Shown here piece by piece: positions 1-9,076 of a DNA stretch of 64,000 bases (positions are counted from its first letter, which is position 1; the number at the start of each line of letters is the position of its first letter). The notes beneath the pieces were generated by a model, which was not told the DNA's origin, did not search any database, and saw nothing but the letters and a program-made list of their open reading frames with translations. Origin of the DNA: Candidatus Kaiserbacteria bacterium (GTDB taxonomy: Bacteria > Patescibacteriota > Minisyncoccia > Phycocordibacterales > Phycocordibacteraceae); the NCBI GenBank assembly GCA_016217905.1, contig JACRFL010000001.1, positions 18,287 through 82,286 on the forward strand, read 5' to 3'. The position numbers were made by a program, and so were the translations under genes.

Positions 1-1
1 C

Positions 2-1036
2 GACGTGACCCACTACGAGCCGACAGGCACCGGCGAGTCTCCGCTTGCCGCGATCACCGACTGGGTGAATGTCGCGTGTCCGAAGTGCGGCGGACCGGGG
101 AAGCGCGAGACGAACACGATGCCGCAGTGGGCGGGCTCGTCGTGGTACTACCTGCGCTTCATGGACCCCTCCGACGATTCCCAGCCCGTTTCCGCGAAGC
201 GGGAGAAATACTGGGCACCGGTCGACGTGTACGTCGGCGGCGACCATGCCGTACGCCACCTCATTTACGCGCGCTTCTGGCACAAATTCCTGTACGACAT
301 CGCCGTGGTGAGCACTCCGGAGCCGTTCGCGCGCCTCGAGTTCCTCGGCTTCATTCTCGCGGAGGACGGCCGCAAGATGAGCAAGCGGCTCGGGAACGTG
401 ATCAATCCGGACGACGTGGTCGCGCAGTACGGCGCTGACGCCTTCCGCGCGTACGAAATGTTCATGGGTCCGTTCGAAAATACGACCGCGTGGAGCACGG
501 CGTCCATCGCGGGTACCGCCCGCTTTCTTGAGCGCCTCTGGAATGCGCGCGGCCTGGTCCGGGCCGATGCCGTCTCGGCGCTCGAGTCTCTCCTGCAGCA
601 GACCGTCAAGAAGATCGGCGACAACATCGAGGCGTTCAAGTTCAATACGGCGGTGAGTCAGGCGATGATCTTCCTCAACGCGCTCGAAAGGGAGGGGAAG
701 ATCGGCCGCGCGCAATGGAGTTCTTACCTGCGGCTCCTTGCGCCGTTTACGCCGCACATCACGGAGGAGCTCTGGGAAGAACTCGGCGAAACGTCGTCCA
801 TCCACGTGGCGCCGTGGCCTGCCTACGACGATTCCGTGCTCGTCGCGCGCGAAACCGAAGTTGTGGCGCAAGTCAACGGCAAGCGCCGCGGTTCAATATC
901 GCTTGCCGCGAGCGCTGGCGAAACGGATGCCGTGCACGCCGCGCGCGCGCTGCCGGCCGTAGTCGCTGCGCTCGGCGGGAAAGAGCCGAAGCGGGTGGTG
1001 TATGTGCCGGGCAAGATCGTCAACCTTGTGGTATAA
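2..1036 (+). CDS. leuS: Leucine--tRNA ligase, C-terminal part (gene begins before window)
   Basis: RETNTMPQWAGSSWYYLR, VDVYVGG, KMSKR class I motif, C-terminal YVPGKIVNLVV. Confidence 0.97.
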   Translation, partial: DVTHYEPTGTGESPLAAITDWVNVACPKCGGPGKRETNTMPQWAGSSWYYLRFMDPSDDSQPVSAKREKYWAPVDVYVGGDHAVRHLIYARFWHKFLYDIAVVSTPEPFARLEFLGFILAEDGRKMSKRLGNVINPDDVVAQYGADAFRAYEMFMGPFENTTAWSTASIAGTARFLERLWNARGLVRADAVSALESLLQQTVKKIGDNIEAFKFNTAVSQAMIFLNALEREGKIGRAQWSSYLRLLAPFTPHITEELWEELGETSSIHVAPWPAYDDSVLVARETEVVAQVNGKRRGSISLAASAGETDAVHAARALPAVVAALGGKEPKRVVYVPGKIVNLVV

Positions 1037-1045
1037 TTGCGCCTA

Positions 1046-1074
1046 TTGACGCTTTTTAAGGTATTTGCTATAAA
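1046..1074 (+). promoter_or_regulatory. Sigma70-type promoter for the 1084 gene
   Basis: TTGACG (1046-1051), 17-nt spacer, TGc-TATAAA (1069-1074). Confidence 0.6.
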
Positions 1075-1083
1075 TTAGACCAC

Positions 1084-2157
1084 ATGGCTACAGCCGGCAA
1101 TATGAAGAAACGGGTACGGACGGCTACTCCGCCCGCCTTTTCCTTCGACAGCGCGGCGCTCGTGAAAAAGCTCCTTGCCGCGGTGCCGCAGCGCGCCCGC
1201 GAAATACTCATCCGCCGTTTCGGTCTGGGCAGCAATCCCGCGCGGGAGACGCTCGAGTCGATCGGCGACCGCTCCAGCATCACCCGCGAGAGGGTTCGGC
1301 AGATCGAGGCCGCCGGGCTCGACGCGGTACGGGCAAGCAAAACTTTTAAAGAATCAAAGGCTGTTTTTGAAGAAATCGCGCGCTACATAGATTCCCTTGG
1401 CGCCATTGTGCCCGAGGATACGCTGCTTGCCGCGCTCGGCAAGGATGAAAAGAGCCGCAACCGGTTCCGCTTTTTCCTCGTGCTCGATTCGGCATTTTCT
1501 CGCGAGCGCGAGACGAACGACTTTCTCGCGCGCTGGCACATCGACAGCGCGACTGCGAAAAACATCCACGACGCGCTTTCGAAGCTCTATACCTCGCTTT
1601 CCGACGAGGAGGTCGTCCCCGAGGGAGAAATTCTGGACCGTTTCCTCGACGAACTCAAGGACGTGAACGACGCGTATAAGAACGAGGAGGTATTGAAGCG
1701 TTGGCTCTCGCTCTCTAAGCACATTGCGAGCAACCCGCTTGCCGAGTGGGGGCGCGTTACCGCGCCCGCCATCCGTATCAAAGGCATCCGCGACTATGCG
1801 TATCTCGCAATCAAGCGCCATGGCGAACCCATGCATTTCTCGACCGTGGCTAAAACGATCGGGACGCTCTTTTCCAAAAAAGCGCACGTCGCGACGACTC
1901 ACAACGAACTCATCAAAGATCCGCGCTTCGTGCTTGTGGGCCGCGGACTCTACGCGCTCACCGAATGGGGCTACAAGCCGGGCGTCGTGCGCGATGTCAT
2001 CCGCGAAACGCTCGAACGGACGGGCCCGCTGAAAAAAGACGAAATCATCAAGCAGGTGAAAAAGGCCCGCTTCGTCAAAGACAACACCATCCTGGTGAAC
2101 CTCAACGATCCTCGCTACTTCAAGCGCCTGAAGGATGGCCGCTACGCGGCGATCTAG
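1084..2157 (+). CDS. Sigma70 region-4 HTH fused to C-terminal HARE-HTH/winged-helix (RNAP delta-like) domains; putative transcription factor
   Basis: REILIRRFGL..ETLESIG...ITRERVRQIE is a sigma region 4 signature; GEPMHF...HNELIKDPRFVLVGRGLYALTEW resembles HARE-HTH. Confidence 0.75.
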   Translation: MATAGNMKKRVRTATPPAFSFDSAALVKKLLAAVPQRAREILIRRFGLGSNPARETLESIGDRSSITRERVRQIEAAGLDAVRASKTFKESKAVFEEIARYIDSLGAIVPEDTLLAALGKDEKSRNRFRFFLVLDSAFSRERETNDFLARWHIDSATAKNIHDALSKLYTSLSDEEVVPEGEILDRFLDELKDVNDAYKNEEVLKRWLSLSKHIASNPLAEWGRVTAPAIRIKGIRDYAYLAIKRHGEPMHFSTVAKTIGTLFSKKAHVATTHNELIKDPRFVLVGRGLYALTEWGYKPGVVRDVIRETLERTGPLKKDEIIKQVKKARFVKDNTILVNLNDPRYFKRLKDGRYAAI

Positions 2158-2163
2158 TTTTTG

Positions 2164-2204
2164 AACAAGCGCGCCCGCTTAAGCGCGGGCGCGCTTGTTT
2201 TATT
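2164..2204 (+). terminator. Intrinsic terminator hairpin
   Basis: Perfect 15-bp stem AACAAGCGCGCCCGC/GCGGGCGCGCTTGTT, 6-nt loop, T-rich tail, 6 nt after stop. Confidence 0.8.
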
Positions 2205-2219
2205 GGTATACTGACCCGC

Positions 2220-3623
2220 ATGCTTCCGTTCGCACACGCGGTTGAAAAATTCAGGGGAAAATTCACCACCACGATCGGCGTCCGGGTCGAGCCGTGGCCG
2301 CTTCTTCTGGTCAGCCTCTCCGTCCTCCTCATGGCGTTCGTGTTCATGCCGGGCACGGTTTCGTTCGCATTTTCCATCGCGCTTTTTCTTGCGCCCTTAT
2401 GGCTCCCATTCGTACTCGTCGGCGGGGCATGGAAGATATGGTACGTGCTCAAACGCTCCGAATTCATTGCGGGGCAAAAATACATACTGCTCGAAATCAA
2501 GCCGCCGCGCAGCCTCGTGAAGACGCCGCTCGCCATGGAGGCGTTCCTCTCATCCCTCCACCTTACGGGGAGTGAATCGACCTGGTACCAGCGCTTTACG
2601 GGCGGGGTCCGGCCGTACTGGTCTCTGGAAATCGTTTCTCTTGAAGGAAAAATCCATTTTTACCTCTGGGGGAGGGAAGCGTATCGCCGGATGGTCGAGT
2701 CCCAATTGTATGCGCAGTATCCGGGCGTGCAGGTCGTCGAGGCAATCGATTACACCCGGCTCATCGATCCCAATTCGAAAGATTGGATTATGTGGGGATG
2801 CGACTTCAAACATACCGCCGAAACGCCCCTGCCGATCAAGACTTACGTCGAATACGGACTCGACAAGGTGCAAAAGGAACCGGAACAGGTCGATCCTCTC
2901 GCTAACCTCATCGAGTTTATGAACTCGGTCGGCAAAGGAGAACAGATCTGGCTTCAATTCATCATCCGCGCCCATCGGGGAGAGCGCTACGGCACGACGC
3001 CCGGGGGCATTACGAGCACCAAACGCAATAAAGACGACAAGCCGTACACCTGGAAGGATGAGGCAAACGACCTTGTACAGAAGATCCGCGCGGAAACCGT
3101 CAACAAGGTGAGATATCGGGACGTCTTTACCGGAGAAATGCGGGAGACGGAAGGATTCCCGAACCCGACGAAGGGGCAGATCGAGAAAATCGCGGCCATC
3201 GAACGCAACGTCTCGAAGCTCGGCTTCGATGTCGGCATACGCGGCCTGTACATGGCGAAGCCGGAACACTTTCACGGCCCGACCATTGCCCACCTCATCG
3301 CGCTCTTCAAGCCCTTTACGAGCGAGGGCTGGAACGGCCTTAATTCATCCGCGGGCATGAAGCGTTTCGACGACTATCCGTGGGAAGTCGGCGTGGAAAA
3401 AAAGAAAAGCTTCTTCCGCCGCGAGATGGTGATGCAGTATCGCCGTCGCCAATTTTTCTACGACCCCTTTTTCGAGGGAGATGTGCCGCCGAACGAAACG
3501 CCGGTCATGAGCACCGAGGAACTCGCGACCGTCTTCCATATCCCGTCGCGCGCGATCGAAGCGCCCGGCCTCGAGCGTATTCCCTCGGCGACCGGCGAAG
3601 CCCCCGCGAATCTGCCGGTGTGA
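2220..3623 (+). CDS. Conserved hypothetical membrane-anchored protein (CPR type)
   Basis: Long ORF; ATG 2220 follows a TATACT box; two N-terminal hydrophobic segments; motifs LLEIKPPR, WSLEIVS, YAQYP, EELAT.FH.P. Confidence 0.75.
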   Translation: MLPFAHAVEKFRGKFTTTIGVRVEPWPLLLVSLSVLLMAFVFMPGTVSFAFSIALFLAPLWLPFVLVGGAWKIWYVLKRSEFIAGQKYILLEIKPPRSLVKTPLAMEAFLSSLHLTGSESTWYQRFTGGVRPYWSLEIVSLEGKIHFYLWGREAYRRMVESQLYAQYPGVQVVEAIDYTRLIDPNSKDWIMWGCDFKHTAETPLPIKTYVEYGLDKVQKEPEQVDPLANLIEFMNSVGKGEQIWLQFIIRAHRGERYGTTPGGITSTKRNKDDKPYTWKDEANDLVQKIRAETVNKVRYRDVFTGEMRETEGFPNPTKGQIEKIAAIERNVSKLGFDVGIRGLYMAKPEHFHGPTIAHLIALFKPFTSEGWNGLNSSAGMKRFDDYPWEVGVEKKKSFFRREMVMQYRRRQFFYDPFFEGDVPPNETPVMSTEELATVFHIPSRAIEAPGLERIPSATGEAPANLPV

Positions 3624-3628
3624 ATCGC

Positions 3629-4585
3629 ATGGATGTTTTCCGGCGGCACGCCCCGTGGTTCGTATCGTTCGCGCTCGCGCTGCTTCTTCTCGCCGGCTAT
3701 CAGATCCTCTTTGCCGCGCCCGACGATTTCCCCCGGGGAAGCACGATAGGGATTGCCCGGGGGACGGCCGCGACGCGCATCGCGGAAGATCTCGCTGACG
3801 CGCGCGTCATCAAGCACCCTGCGCTCCTGCAGCTCCTCTTGTACGCAGCGGGGGAAAGCGCCGCGATACAAGCGGGCGCGTATCGTTTTGAAAAACCGCA
3901 AAATCTGTTCGTCGTGGCTTCGCGGCTCGTGACCGGAGCGTACGGTCTCCCTCCGGTACGCGTAACCTTTTTCGAGGGAATAACGGTGCGGGAAGCTGCG
4001 GAGAAAGTCACGGAAGCGCTGCCTGACATATCGCAAGAGGATTTTCTCAAGGAGGCGCAGCCGTATGAAGGCTATCTTTTCCCAGATACGTATTTTTTTT
4101 CACCTTCTTCCGATGCCGCCTCCGTCGCCGCGTCGATGCGCGGAAACTTCAACGAGAAAATATCGGCTCTGGCGCCGGCGATTTCCGCTACCGGCCGCAC
4201 GCTCTCCGACATCGTCATTCTGGCCTCGCTTGTTGAAAAAGAGGCGCGCACGAGCGAGAGCAGACGCCTCGTCGCCGGTATCCTCTCCAATCGTTTAAAA
4301 CTCGGCATGCCGCTCCAGGTCGACGCGGTTTTCGGCTACATCTTCGACCGCGACACGTATTCGCCCTCGCTCAAGGATCTCACCGTCGATTCGCCTTACA
4401 ATACCTACACGCACACGGGTCTCCCTCCCGGACCGATTGATAACCCCGGGCTCGACTCGCTTGAGGCGGTGGTACACCCGACGAAAACCGACTACCTCTA
4501 CTATCTCACCGGCAAGGACGGTGTAATGCATTATGCCATAACATACGCCGGTCACCAGACGAACCGAAAAAAGTATTTAGATTAG
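3629..4585 (+). CDS. mltG: Endolytic transglycosylase MltG
   Basis: EGYLFPDTY, ASLVEKE, GMPLQVD, SPYNTY..GLPPGPIDNPG; N-terminal TM. Confidence 0.93.
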   Translation: MDVFRRHAPWFVSFALALLLLAGYQILFAAPDDFPRGSTIGIARGTAATRIAEDLADARVIKHPALLQLLLYAAGESAAIQAGAYRFEKPQNLFVVASRLVTGAYGLPPVRVTFFEGITVREAAEKVTEALPDISQEDFLKEAQPYEGYLFPDTYFFSPSSDAASVAASMRGNFNEKISALAPAISATGRTLSDIVILASLVEKEARTSESRRLVAGILSNRLKLGMPLQVDAVFGYIFDRDTYSPSLKDLTVDSPYNTYTHTGLPPGPIDNPGLDSLEAVVHPTKTDYLYYLTGKDGVMHYAITYAGHQTNRKKYLD

Positions 4586-4594
4586 AATGGGCGC

Positions 4595-5533
4595 ATGGAT
4601 GTACGCGGCAAACACATATTCATAGGGCTTTCGGGAGGCGTGGATTCGGCGGTTTCTGCGGCACTTTTAAAACGAGCCGGAGCAGAAGTAACGGGCGTAT
4701 TCATCAAGGGCTGGTATCCGCCGGCCTTCGGCCCGTGCGCCTGGGCCGCGGAGCGCCGCGATGTGATGCGGGTGGCGGCGCGCCTGCAGATACCGTTTCT
4801 CACGCTCGACGCGGGCACCGAATATAAAAAGGGGGTTATCGATTACCTTCTCGCCGAGTATCGCGTGGGGCACACCCCGAATCCGGACGTCATGTGCAAC
4901 AGGGAAGTGAAGTTCGGCGCTTTCTACCGCTTCGCGAAGGCTGCCGGGGCGGACGCGATAGCGACGGGGCATTATCGTTCCGGAGAAAAAGACCAGAGCT
5001 ACTTCCTCTGGGCCGTGCCGAAAGAGATTCTGGCGGCAACGCTCTTTCCGGTGGGGAACCTTGAAAAAGATGAAGTGCGAGCGCTCGCAAAACGATTCAA
5101 CCTGTCGGTTGCGGAGAAAAAGGACAGCCAGGGCGTCTGCTTCCTCGGGAACAGATCGATGGAGGAGTTTTTGCGTGCGGAATTGGGGGACGACAACCCC
5201 GCGCTTCTCTATACCATCGGCCAGAGAATTTCGCGCCCGCACGGCCCGTGGTATGTGGTCGGTAAAAACGATGTCGCGAAAAAAGAAATCACGGTTTCAA
5301 GAACGCGGATCTCCGGCGCGCATTCGGTTCAATTTAAAGATGCGAATTGGCACGCTGAATCGGCCCGCGCCACCGAGGCGCAGTACCGGTATCGGGGCCC
5401 TCGCGTAAAAGGGCATGTCGAAAAAGACCGTTTTGTGAGCACAGAGCCGCTTCCCGAGATCCCCGTTCCCGGACAATCGACCGTCTTTTATCACAACGGA
5501 GAGCTCGTCGGTGGTGGTACTATTGTCGCATGA
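4595..5533 (+). CDS. mnmA: tRNA 2-thiouridylase MnmA (compact form)
   Basis: SGGVDS PP-loop, TPNPDVMCN, ATGHY, KDQSYFL, KDSQGVCF, PGQ..V.Y. Confidence 0.93.
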   Translation: MDVRGKHIFIGLSGGVDSAVSAALLKRAGAEVTGVFIKGWYPPAFGPCAWAAERRDVMRVAARLQIPFLTLDAGTEYKKGVIDYLLAEYRVGHTPNPDVMCNREVKFGAFYRFAKAAGADAIATGHYRSGEKDQSYFLWAVPKEILAATLFPVGNLEKDEVRALAKRFNLSVAEKKDSQGVCFLGNRSMEEFLRAELGDDNPALLYTIGQRISRPHGPWYVVGKNDVAKKEITVSRTRISGAHSVQFKDANWHAESARATEAQYRYRGPRVKGHVEKDRFVSTEPLPEIPVPGQSTVFYHNGELVGGGTIVA

Positions 5534-5943
5534 ATCAAACGCGCCTGTGGGCCGCCGCGGCCATCATCGCGACTCTCGTCATTGCCGGATTCGTGCTTTC
5601 GGTACCGCACACCCGCGACGTTCCGAAGACCCCGGCTCCTCCCTCCGCGTTCGCGGGAGCTCCGTCTGTCACCATACGGGATGCGTTTAAGAGGGGCATG
5701 CATACCCTCACAGGCTCGATCATTGCTCCGGACGCGTGCTCCATTGTTTCCGCCCGCGCTTCTCGCGGCGACAACGCGTCGAGCACCAGGGACATCCTCG
5801 TCGAAGTGTCTCTGTCGGAGGATACGGGAGTTTGCCTCGAGCTTCCGACGCGCATGACCTTTGAGACAACGCTTGCGGCGCCAGCGAATTTGCCGATCGC
5901 CGTAACGATAAACGGCGCGGCAGCAAGCACGAGCGCGCCATGA
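5530..5943 (+). CDS. Hypothetical membrane-anchored protein
   Basis: ATGA overlap with mnmA; N-terminal TM; Cys pair in a beta-rich domain. Confidence 0.7.
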   Translation: MNQTRLWAAAAIIATLVIAGFVLSVPHTRDVPKTPAPPSAFAGAPSVTIRDAFKRGMHTLTGSIIAPDACSIVSARASRGDNASSTRDILVEVSLSEDTGVCLELPTRMTFETTLAAPANLPIAVTINGAAASTSAP

Positions 5944-6782
5944 CGACCCTGCCGATCATCAGCAAAGCCGACGGGACAAGCGAAGTCTTCGACTCGATGC
6001 GTCTGGTCTCCTCTTTGCGCAGGGCGGGCGCTGGCGCGCACGCCGCGGAGAGTATCGCGGAAGCGATTACGGGCGGGCTCGTTTCGGGCATGTCCTCGAA
6101 AGAGATTTACTCCCGCGCGTTCGCGCTTTTGCGCAAGGAAGCACGTCCCGTCGCCGCACGTTACGCGCTCCGGCGCGCGCTCCTCGAGCTCGGTCCGTCC
6201 GGCCACCCCTTCGAAGACTTCGTTTCGCACTTATATCGGGCGGAAGGCTGGCAGGTCGAGACGCGCAAAATAATAAAAGGAAAATGCGTATCGCACGAGG
6301 TCGACTTCTACGCGTCGCACCCGGGAGAAAATACCCATATCGCGGCCGAACTCAAGTATCACAACGATCCGGGCTACAAGACCGATCTGAAGGTGGCGCT
6401 CTACGTCAAGAGCCGTTTTGACGACATCTTCAGCTGCAATCCCGCGGTCCGCGCCTGTCCGATCGACCGCGGTCTTCTTGTCACCAATACCAAATTCACC
6501 TCGGAAGCGATCGTCTATGCGGCATGCGTCGGAGTAGAGCTCCTCGGTTGGGGGTACCCGGCGGAGAATAACCTTTTCGAGCGCATGGCCCGCGCGAAGG
6601 TATATCCTCTTACGGCGCTCACCGGACTCTCGCGTACCGAGAAGCGACTGCTTATCGAGCACGGCGTCGTCGCCGCCGACGAGATCCTCGCGGATCGACG
6701 CCGTCTCGACGTACTGCGCCTCTCCGCCACCCGCGTGGGCGAATTGCTCGCGGAAGCGGATGGTCTCCTTGCGCTTCCGTAG
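5940..6782 (+). CDS. ATP-cone domain fused to Mrr-like PD-(D/E)xK endonuclease domain
   Basis: N-terminal IISKADGTSEVFD..RL..SL..AG (ATP cone); G.PFEDFV..LY...G, HEVD...ELKYH nuclease motifs. Confidence 0.8.
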   Translation: MTTLPIISKADGTSEVFDSMRLVSSLRRAGAGAHAAESIAEAITGGLVSGMSSKEIYSRAFALLRKEARPVAARYALRRALLELGPSGHPFEDFVSHLYRAEGWQVETRKIIKGKCVSHEVDFYASHPGENTHIAAELKYHNDPGYKTDLKVALYVKSRFDDIFSCNPAVRACPIDRGLLVTNTKFTSEAIVYAACVGVELLGWGYPAENNLFERMARAKVYPLTALTGLSRTEKRLLIEHGVVAADEILADRRRLDVLRLSATRVGELLAEADGLLALP

Positions 6783-6805
6783 GCGTCCCGTGATATTGTT
6801 CCCGT

Positions 6806-7282
6806 ATGATGAAAAGCTTCTCTCCCTACTCTTTTGTCGCCGGCGTCATGGTCGGCGCCCTGTTCGCGGGAGCGTGGTTTCTGCGCGAACCTCTCGCCGC
6901 CATGCGAAGCGGATCTCTGCCCGAAGAAGCGTCGAGAGTCCCTAGCGCGGCGCAGGGAAGCAGTGCGATTTCCGTCGCTGACCAGCCCGCGGGCGACAGC
7001 GTTATCGTGGAATCGGTGACCGTCCCGCCGCCCGGCGTATGGGTCGCTGTGCGCGAGGTAATCGGAGGCAGTCTGGGGAACGTGCTCGGAGCCGCGCGCG
7101 TCGGCGGACCCCGAAGCCAGGTCGTCATCTCTCTCTTGCGCGCGACCGAACCCGGCCGAGCCTACGCGATTGAGCTCTATCGCGACGATGAAAGCGGCGC
7201 GTTCGACCCCGCGACGTTCAGCGTGTACGTTGATTTCGATACCGGAGCGCGAGTTGTCGCGTACTTCACGACCGTCGAGTGA
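6806..7282 (+). CDS. Hypothetical membrane-anchored protein with beta-rich extracellular domain
   Basis: N-terminal TM; ISVADQP.G..V.V, GVWVAVRE, GNVLGA. Confidence 0.7.
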   Translation: MMKSFSPYSFVAGVMVGALFAGAWFLREPLAAMRSGSLPEEASRVPSAAQGSSAISVADQPAGDSVIVESVTVPPPGVWVAVREVIGGSLGNVLGAARVGGPRSQVVISLLRATEPGRAYAIELYRDDESGAFDPATFSVYVDFDTGARVVAYFTTVE

Positions 7283-7295
7283 TGTGTCTTCGACT

Positions 7296-8093
7296 ATGGC
7301 CTCCGGAAGTTCAAAGTCACAAGGCTACGGCGTCTTCGACCCGTTCTCGCCCGAACCGTTTCGGGTGAGCAGATCGAAGATCGATCTCTTTACCGAATGC
7401 CCGCGCTGTGCGTATCTCGACATGCGGCTCGGCGTGAAGCGTCCGTCGATGCCGGCGTTTACGCTCAACAACGCGGTCGACGAACTCCTCAAGCGCGAGT
7501 TCGATATTCACCGCGCCGAGGGCTCCAAGCACCCGCTCGTCCTGCGCTACGGTCTCGACGCGGTACCGCTTAACGACGACCGGATGGAGGAGTGGCGCGA
7601 CGCGCTTCGCCGCGGCATACGCTTCCTCCACGAACCGACGAATCTGCTCATCCGCGGCGGCATCGACGACGTGTGGGTCAACCCGGCGGGAGAGTTCATC
7701 ATTGTGGATTACAAAGCGACCAGCAAGAAGGTGGGACCGAGCACCGAAGAAGATTTATATGATTCGTATAAACGGCAAATGGAAATTTACCAATGGCTCT
7801 TCCGCAGAAATGGCTTCGCCGTCTCGCCGACCGGCTATTTCGTCTACGTGAATGGGAAATCCGATGCAAAAGCATTCGACGGCAAACTTGAATTCGATAT
7901 CGAGCTTATCCCATACACCGGCAGCGACGCGTGGGTCGAGCCGGCGATCCTCGACATGAGGGAGGTGCTCATGAGCGACGACATTCCGCCCGTGGGCACC
8001 TCCTTCGGCGGCGGGCCGTGCGAATATTGCACGTATCGGGAGAGCGCGGGGAAGATATTGCGCAAAGTTCACGCAAAAAACAGCGAGAAATAA
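7296..8093 (+). CDS. PD-(D/E)xK nuclease, RecB/Cas4-like (solo)
   Basis: SRSKIDLF.ECPRC, GGIDD, IVDYKAT, Q..IY, C-terminal CEYC. Confidence 0.85.
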   Translation: MASGSSKSQGYGVFDPFSPEPFRVSRSKIDLFTECPRCAYLDMRLGVKRPSMPAFTLNNAVDELLKREFDIHRAEGSKHPLVLRYGLDAVPLNDDRMEEWRDALRRGIRFLHEPTNLLIRGGIDDVWVNPAGEFIIVDYKATSKKVGPSTEEDLYDSYKRQMEIYQWLFRRNGFAVSPTGYFVYVNGKSDAKAFDGKLEFDIELIPYTGSDAWVEPAILDMREVLMSDDIPPVGTSFGGGPCEYCTYRESAGKILRKVHAKNSEK

Positions 8094-8100
8094 AACGTGT

Positions 8101-8364
8101 ATGAAAAGTTCGTTTGCCGATCGAGTGCGAGATGTAGTACGTCAAATTCCAAAAGGTGAAACACTACCCTATAGGGTAGTAGCCAGGCTGGCGGGAAGCC
8201 CGCGCGCGGCACGCGCGGTCGGCACTATTATGAAAAATAATTATGACCCAAGCGTGCCCTGTCATCGCGTTATCAGGAGCGACGGGAAGATCGGAGACTA
8301 CAATCGCGGCGGAAAAGAAAAGAAGCGGGCGCTCCTGCGGGCCGAGGGTGTCAAAGGGATCTGA
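8101..8364 (+). CDS. O6-alkylguanine-DNA alkyltransferase (MGMT family, single domain)
   Basis: IPKGE...Y..VA..AG.PRAARAVG and active-site PCHRV. Confidence 0.9.
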   Translation: MKSSFADRVRDVVRQIPKGETLPYRVVARLAGSPRAARAVGTIMKNNYDPSVPCHRVIRSDGKIGDYNRGGKEKKRALLRAEGVKGI

Positions 8365-8366
8365 AA

Positions 8367-9035
8367 ATGGAAGTCAAAATTGAATCGTCGTGGAAGGAGA
8401 GATTGAAAGACGAGTTTGCGAAAGAATATTTCGCCGAGCTCACCTCGTTCGTAAAAAAGGAGTATCAAGAAGGGAGGGTGTACCCGCACCCCAAGAACAT
8501 TTTTCGCGCGTTTGACCTGTGTCCGTTCGAGAAGGTGAAGGTGGTAATACTCGGGCAGGATCCCTATCACGGAGCGGAGCAGGCCAACGGCCTCGCGTTT
8601 GCTGTCGACGAGAACGCGACATTGCCCCCGTCGCTCCAAAATATTTTTAAGGAGATACAGAGCGATATGGGAAAGCCGCTTTTGCATACCGATGGAGATT
8701 TATCTCGATGGGCGAGACAGGGCGTCCTCCTCCTTAATGCAACCTTGACCGTCCGCGCGCATACTGCCGGCTCACACCAAGAGCGGGGCTGGGAATTATT
8801 TACCGATGCTGCCATCAAATCGCTTTCCGAAGAACGCGAGCATCTCGTCTTTATGCTCTGGGGCAATTATGCCAAAGCGAAGGGCGCGCACATCGACCGC
8901 TCCAAGCATCTGGTCCTCGAGGCCTCGCATCCCTCGCCTTTCTCCGCCGCTTCCGGCTTCTTCGGCTGCAAACATTTCAGCAAGGCGAATGACTATCTCG
9001 CTACGCACGGCGGGACACCGATAGACTGGCTTTAA
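8367..9035 (+). CDS. ung: Uracil-DNA glycosylase family 1
   Basis: GQDPYH, PPSL.NIF, GVLLLN, HPSP. Confidence 0.97.
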   Translation: MEVKIESSWKERLKDEFAKEYFAELTSFVKKEYQEGRVYPHPKNIFRAFDLCPFEKVKVVILGQDPYHGAEQANGLAFAVDENATLPPSLQNIFKEIQSDMGKPLLHTDGDLSRWARQGVLLLNATLTVRAHTAGSHQERGWELFTDAAIKSLSEEREHLVFMLWGNYAKAKGAHIDRSKHLVLEASHPSPFSAASGFFGCKHFSKANDYLATHGGTPIDWL

Positions 9036-9040
9036 TCCAC

Positions 9041-9075
9041 TTGCATCTACTACAAGATAGTACTAATATGTAGTA
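9041..9075 (+). promoter_or_regulatory. TA operon promoter with overlapping palindromic operator
   Basis: TTGCAT (9041-9046), 17 nt, TAATAT (9064-9069); TACTACA-aga-TAGTACTA-ata-TGTAGTA dyad at 9048-9075. Confidence 0.7.
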
Positions 9076-9076
9076 C

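Noticed and set aside
2991-3020. TTPGGITST segment (GCCCGGGGGC) as an in-frame palindromic insert
   Set aside because: Only 4-bp arms in GC-rich DNA; no second copy seen.
7296-8093. Possible CRISPR-Cas locus around the Cas4-like nuclease
   Set aside because: No repeat-spacer array, cas1, cas2 or effector genes seen in the window.
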